Source: Candidatus Saccharimonadota bacterium
GTDB lineage: Bacteria; Bacillota_I; Bacilli_A; Mycoplasmatales; Hepatoplasmataceae
DNA: 32,000 nucleotides
NCBI GenBank assembly: GCA_027925225.1
Contig: AP027131.1
Coordinates: forward strand, 360,001-392,000
Direction of reading: 5' to 3'
Under the pieces are notes generated by a model. The model was not told the DNA's origin, ran no database searches, and was given only the letters and a program-made list of their open reading frames with translations. Both the position numbers and the translations under genes were made by a program. Positions 30,678 to 32,000 of the stretch are shown here, one piece after another (the stretch's first letter is position 1; every line of letters starts with the position of its first letter).

Positions 30678-31211
30678 ATGTCTGAAATTGGTATTATAGC
30701 AACAGTTTTTGCTTCAATTTTTTTAGCAATTGTAATTATTGAATCATTCTACTTAATAAGAGTATTTGTTTTTAATTATTATCCTTATAAAGTCCCTAAA
30801 GAAGAACTTCCCATATTAGAAAAAAAAGAAAAAGAAAAATTAAATCAATATTCAGCAAATCAATATGAAATTTCATACGAAATGGCTGATGTTATTAAAA
30901 AATTAAGAAGAAAACATAATCAACTAGAAAACATATCAAATGATCTTAAATTTACAAATAGTTTTGAAATAATAAATAAAAAATTAATAAAAGATTTAAA
31001 AAAAGAGATTGAATTAGAAATAGAAGCAATGAATTCTAAGCGTGAAAATATTTACAAAAATTCTAAAAATAATTTTATGGATAAAAATAAACATTCGCTT
31101 TTTAAAAAAAATAACAAGATATTAGATATTTATAAAGATTTTGAAGAAGACTTAAATAAATATTTAGTAAATATTTATAAAATGGAAGAAGAATTTAAAG
31201 ATATTATTTAA
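30678..31211 (+). CDS. Small membrane protein with an N-terminal TM segment and a Lys/Glu-rich coiled-coil-like remainder (177 aa).
   Basis: This is an intact ORF with no TGA. The N-terminus is MSEIGIIATVFASIFLAIVIIESFYLIRVFVF. TATAAT at 30648-30653 lies upstream. Confidence 0.7.
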   Translation: MSEIGIIATVFASIFLAIVIIESFYLIRVFVFNYYPYKVPKEELPILEKKEKEKLNQYSANQYEISYEMADVIKKLRRKHNQLENISNDLKFTNSFEIINKKLIKDLKKEIELEIEAMNSKRENIYKNSKNNFMDKNKHSLFKKNNKILDIYKDFEEDLNKYLVNIYKMEEEFKDII

Positions 31212-31245
31212 ATATAAACATTGCAATTACTTATATAATTTAATT

Positions 31246-31545
31246 GTGGAAAGAGAAATTCTAAAAAAAATAGAAATTTTAGAAAAAAATGCTCGTCTAA
31301 AATTAAATAAAAAGGAAAAAGAAATTTTTTTAATTGATTATAAATCATTTTTAAATTCTTTAAATGAATTTGAAAAAATAAAACTTGATAACATAGAAGA
31401 AATTGATTTTCCTTTTAAAATTACATCTTCATATTTAAGAGAAGATAAAATATATAAAAATGAAGATACATCTTCATTATTAAATAATTCAAAAAACATA
31501 AAAAATAATTATTTTATTTTAAAAAGAAAAAAAGATGAAAAATAA
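31246..31545 (+). CDS. gatC: Asp/Glu-tRNA(Asn/Gln) amidotransferase subunit C.
   Basis: It encodes about 99 aa immediately upstream of, and overlapping, gatA. It has the GatC-like pattern LEKNARLKL..KE...F and ...YLREDK. The start is GTG and I see no in-frame ATG nearby. Confidence 0.7.
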   Translation: MEREILKKIEILEKNARLKLNKKEKEIFLIDYKSFLNSLNEFEKIKLDNIEEIDFPFKITSSYLREDKIYKNEDTSSLLNNSKNIKNNYFILKRKKDEK

Positions 31546-32000
31546 TCCAAGATTATCCCCACTTAATATTGATAATAAAATAAAAAAAAATAAGGTTCAA
31601 CCTTTAAAAAATATGACTTTTGCTTTAAAAGATAATTTTGCAGTAAGAAATATTCCGACAACAGGTGGTACAAAATTATTAGAAAATTTTAAAATAACAT
31701 ACAATTCTACAGTTTATGAAAAATTAATAAAGGCAGGAGCAAAACCAATAACAAAAGCAAATTTAGATGAATTAGCAATGGGTTTTTCGGGACTCACTTC
31801 TGGTTTTGGAGTTGTTTTAAATCCATATGATGGAAGCAAAATTATAGGGGGTTCATCTTCGGGATCTGCTTATCTAATTGCAAATAAAGAGGTAGATTTT
31901 TCAATAGGTTCTGATACAGGAGATTCTGTAAGAAAACCTGCTTGATATGTTGGAATTACTGCATTTAAACCAACATGAGGAATAGTATCTAGATATGGTT
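31535..32000 (+). CDS. gatA: Asp/Glu-tRNA(Asn/Gln) amidotransferase subunit A, N-terminal part (continues beyond the window).
   Basis: It carries the amidase signature: KANLDELAMG, GGSSSGSAYLIA, IGSDTGDSVRKPAW, KPTWGIVSRYG. It continues through in-frame TGA at 31943 and 31976. Its start overlaps the gatC end by 11 nt. Confidence 0.9.

Noticed and set aside
1-32000. Mobile element, prophage or integrative element content, given the tail-fibre-like motifs.
   Set aside because: I see no integrase, transposase, terminase, capsid or portal-like ORFs, and no flanking inverted or direct repeats typical of IS elements. The fibre-like genes appear to be chromosomal multigene-family members rather than part of an intact prophage within this window.

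Overview
This is a very AT-rich window from a Mollicutes-type genome that reads TGA as Trp (translation table 4). The supplied ORF track uses the standard code, so it breaks the real genes into fragments at TGA. I re-translated by hand with TGA=Trp. The minus strand from 1 to 24278 then resolves into three head-to-tail paralogous genes of one family. They are a partial gene (<1..1115), a 2877-aa gene (1468..10101) and a 4617-aa gene (10425..24278). All three are highly repetitive, acidic and rich in Ser/Thr/Asn/Asp. Each starts with a Lys/Asn-rich hydrophilic N-terminus and has no recognisable signal peptide, lipobox or TM segment. All three carry a homologous upstream non-coding block. The two complete genes end in a coiled-coil plus a short tip that resembles phage tail-fibre ends, judged from memory only. 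A second paralog pair is transcribed divergently on the plus strand (24727..26232 and 27340..30375). These encode signal-peptide, C-terminally TM-anchored proteins built from ~130-aa 'NPYIE' modules, and they flank a coiled-coil protein gene (26360..27277). The right end holds a stand-alone 5S rRNA gene with a textbook promoter and terminator, a small TM/coiled-coil gene, and overlapping gatC and gatA (gatA partial). I see no transposase, CRISPR array or tRNA. The most interesting item is the fibre-like giant gene family together with its neighbouring membrane-protein genes. All homology statements come from reading motifs and need HMM or structure searches to confirm.
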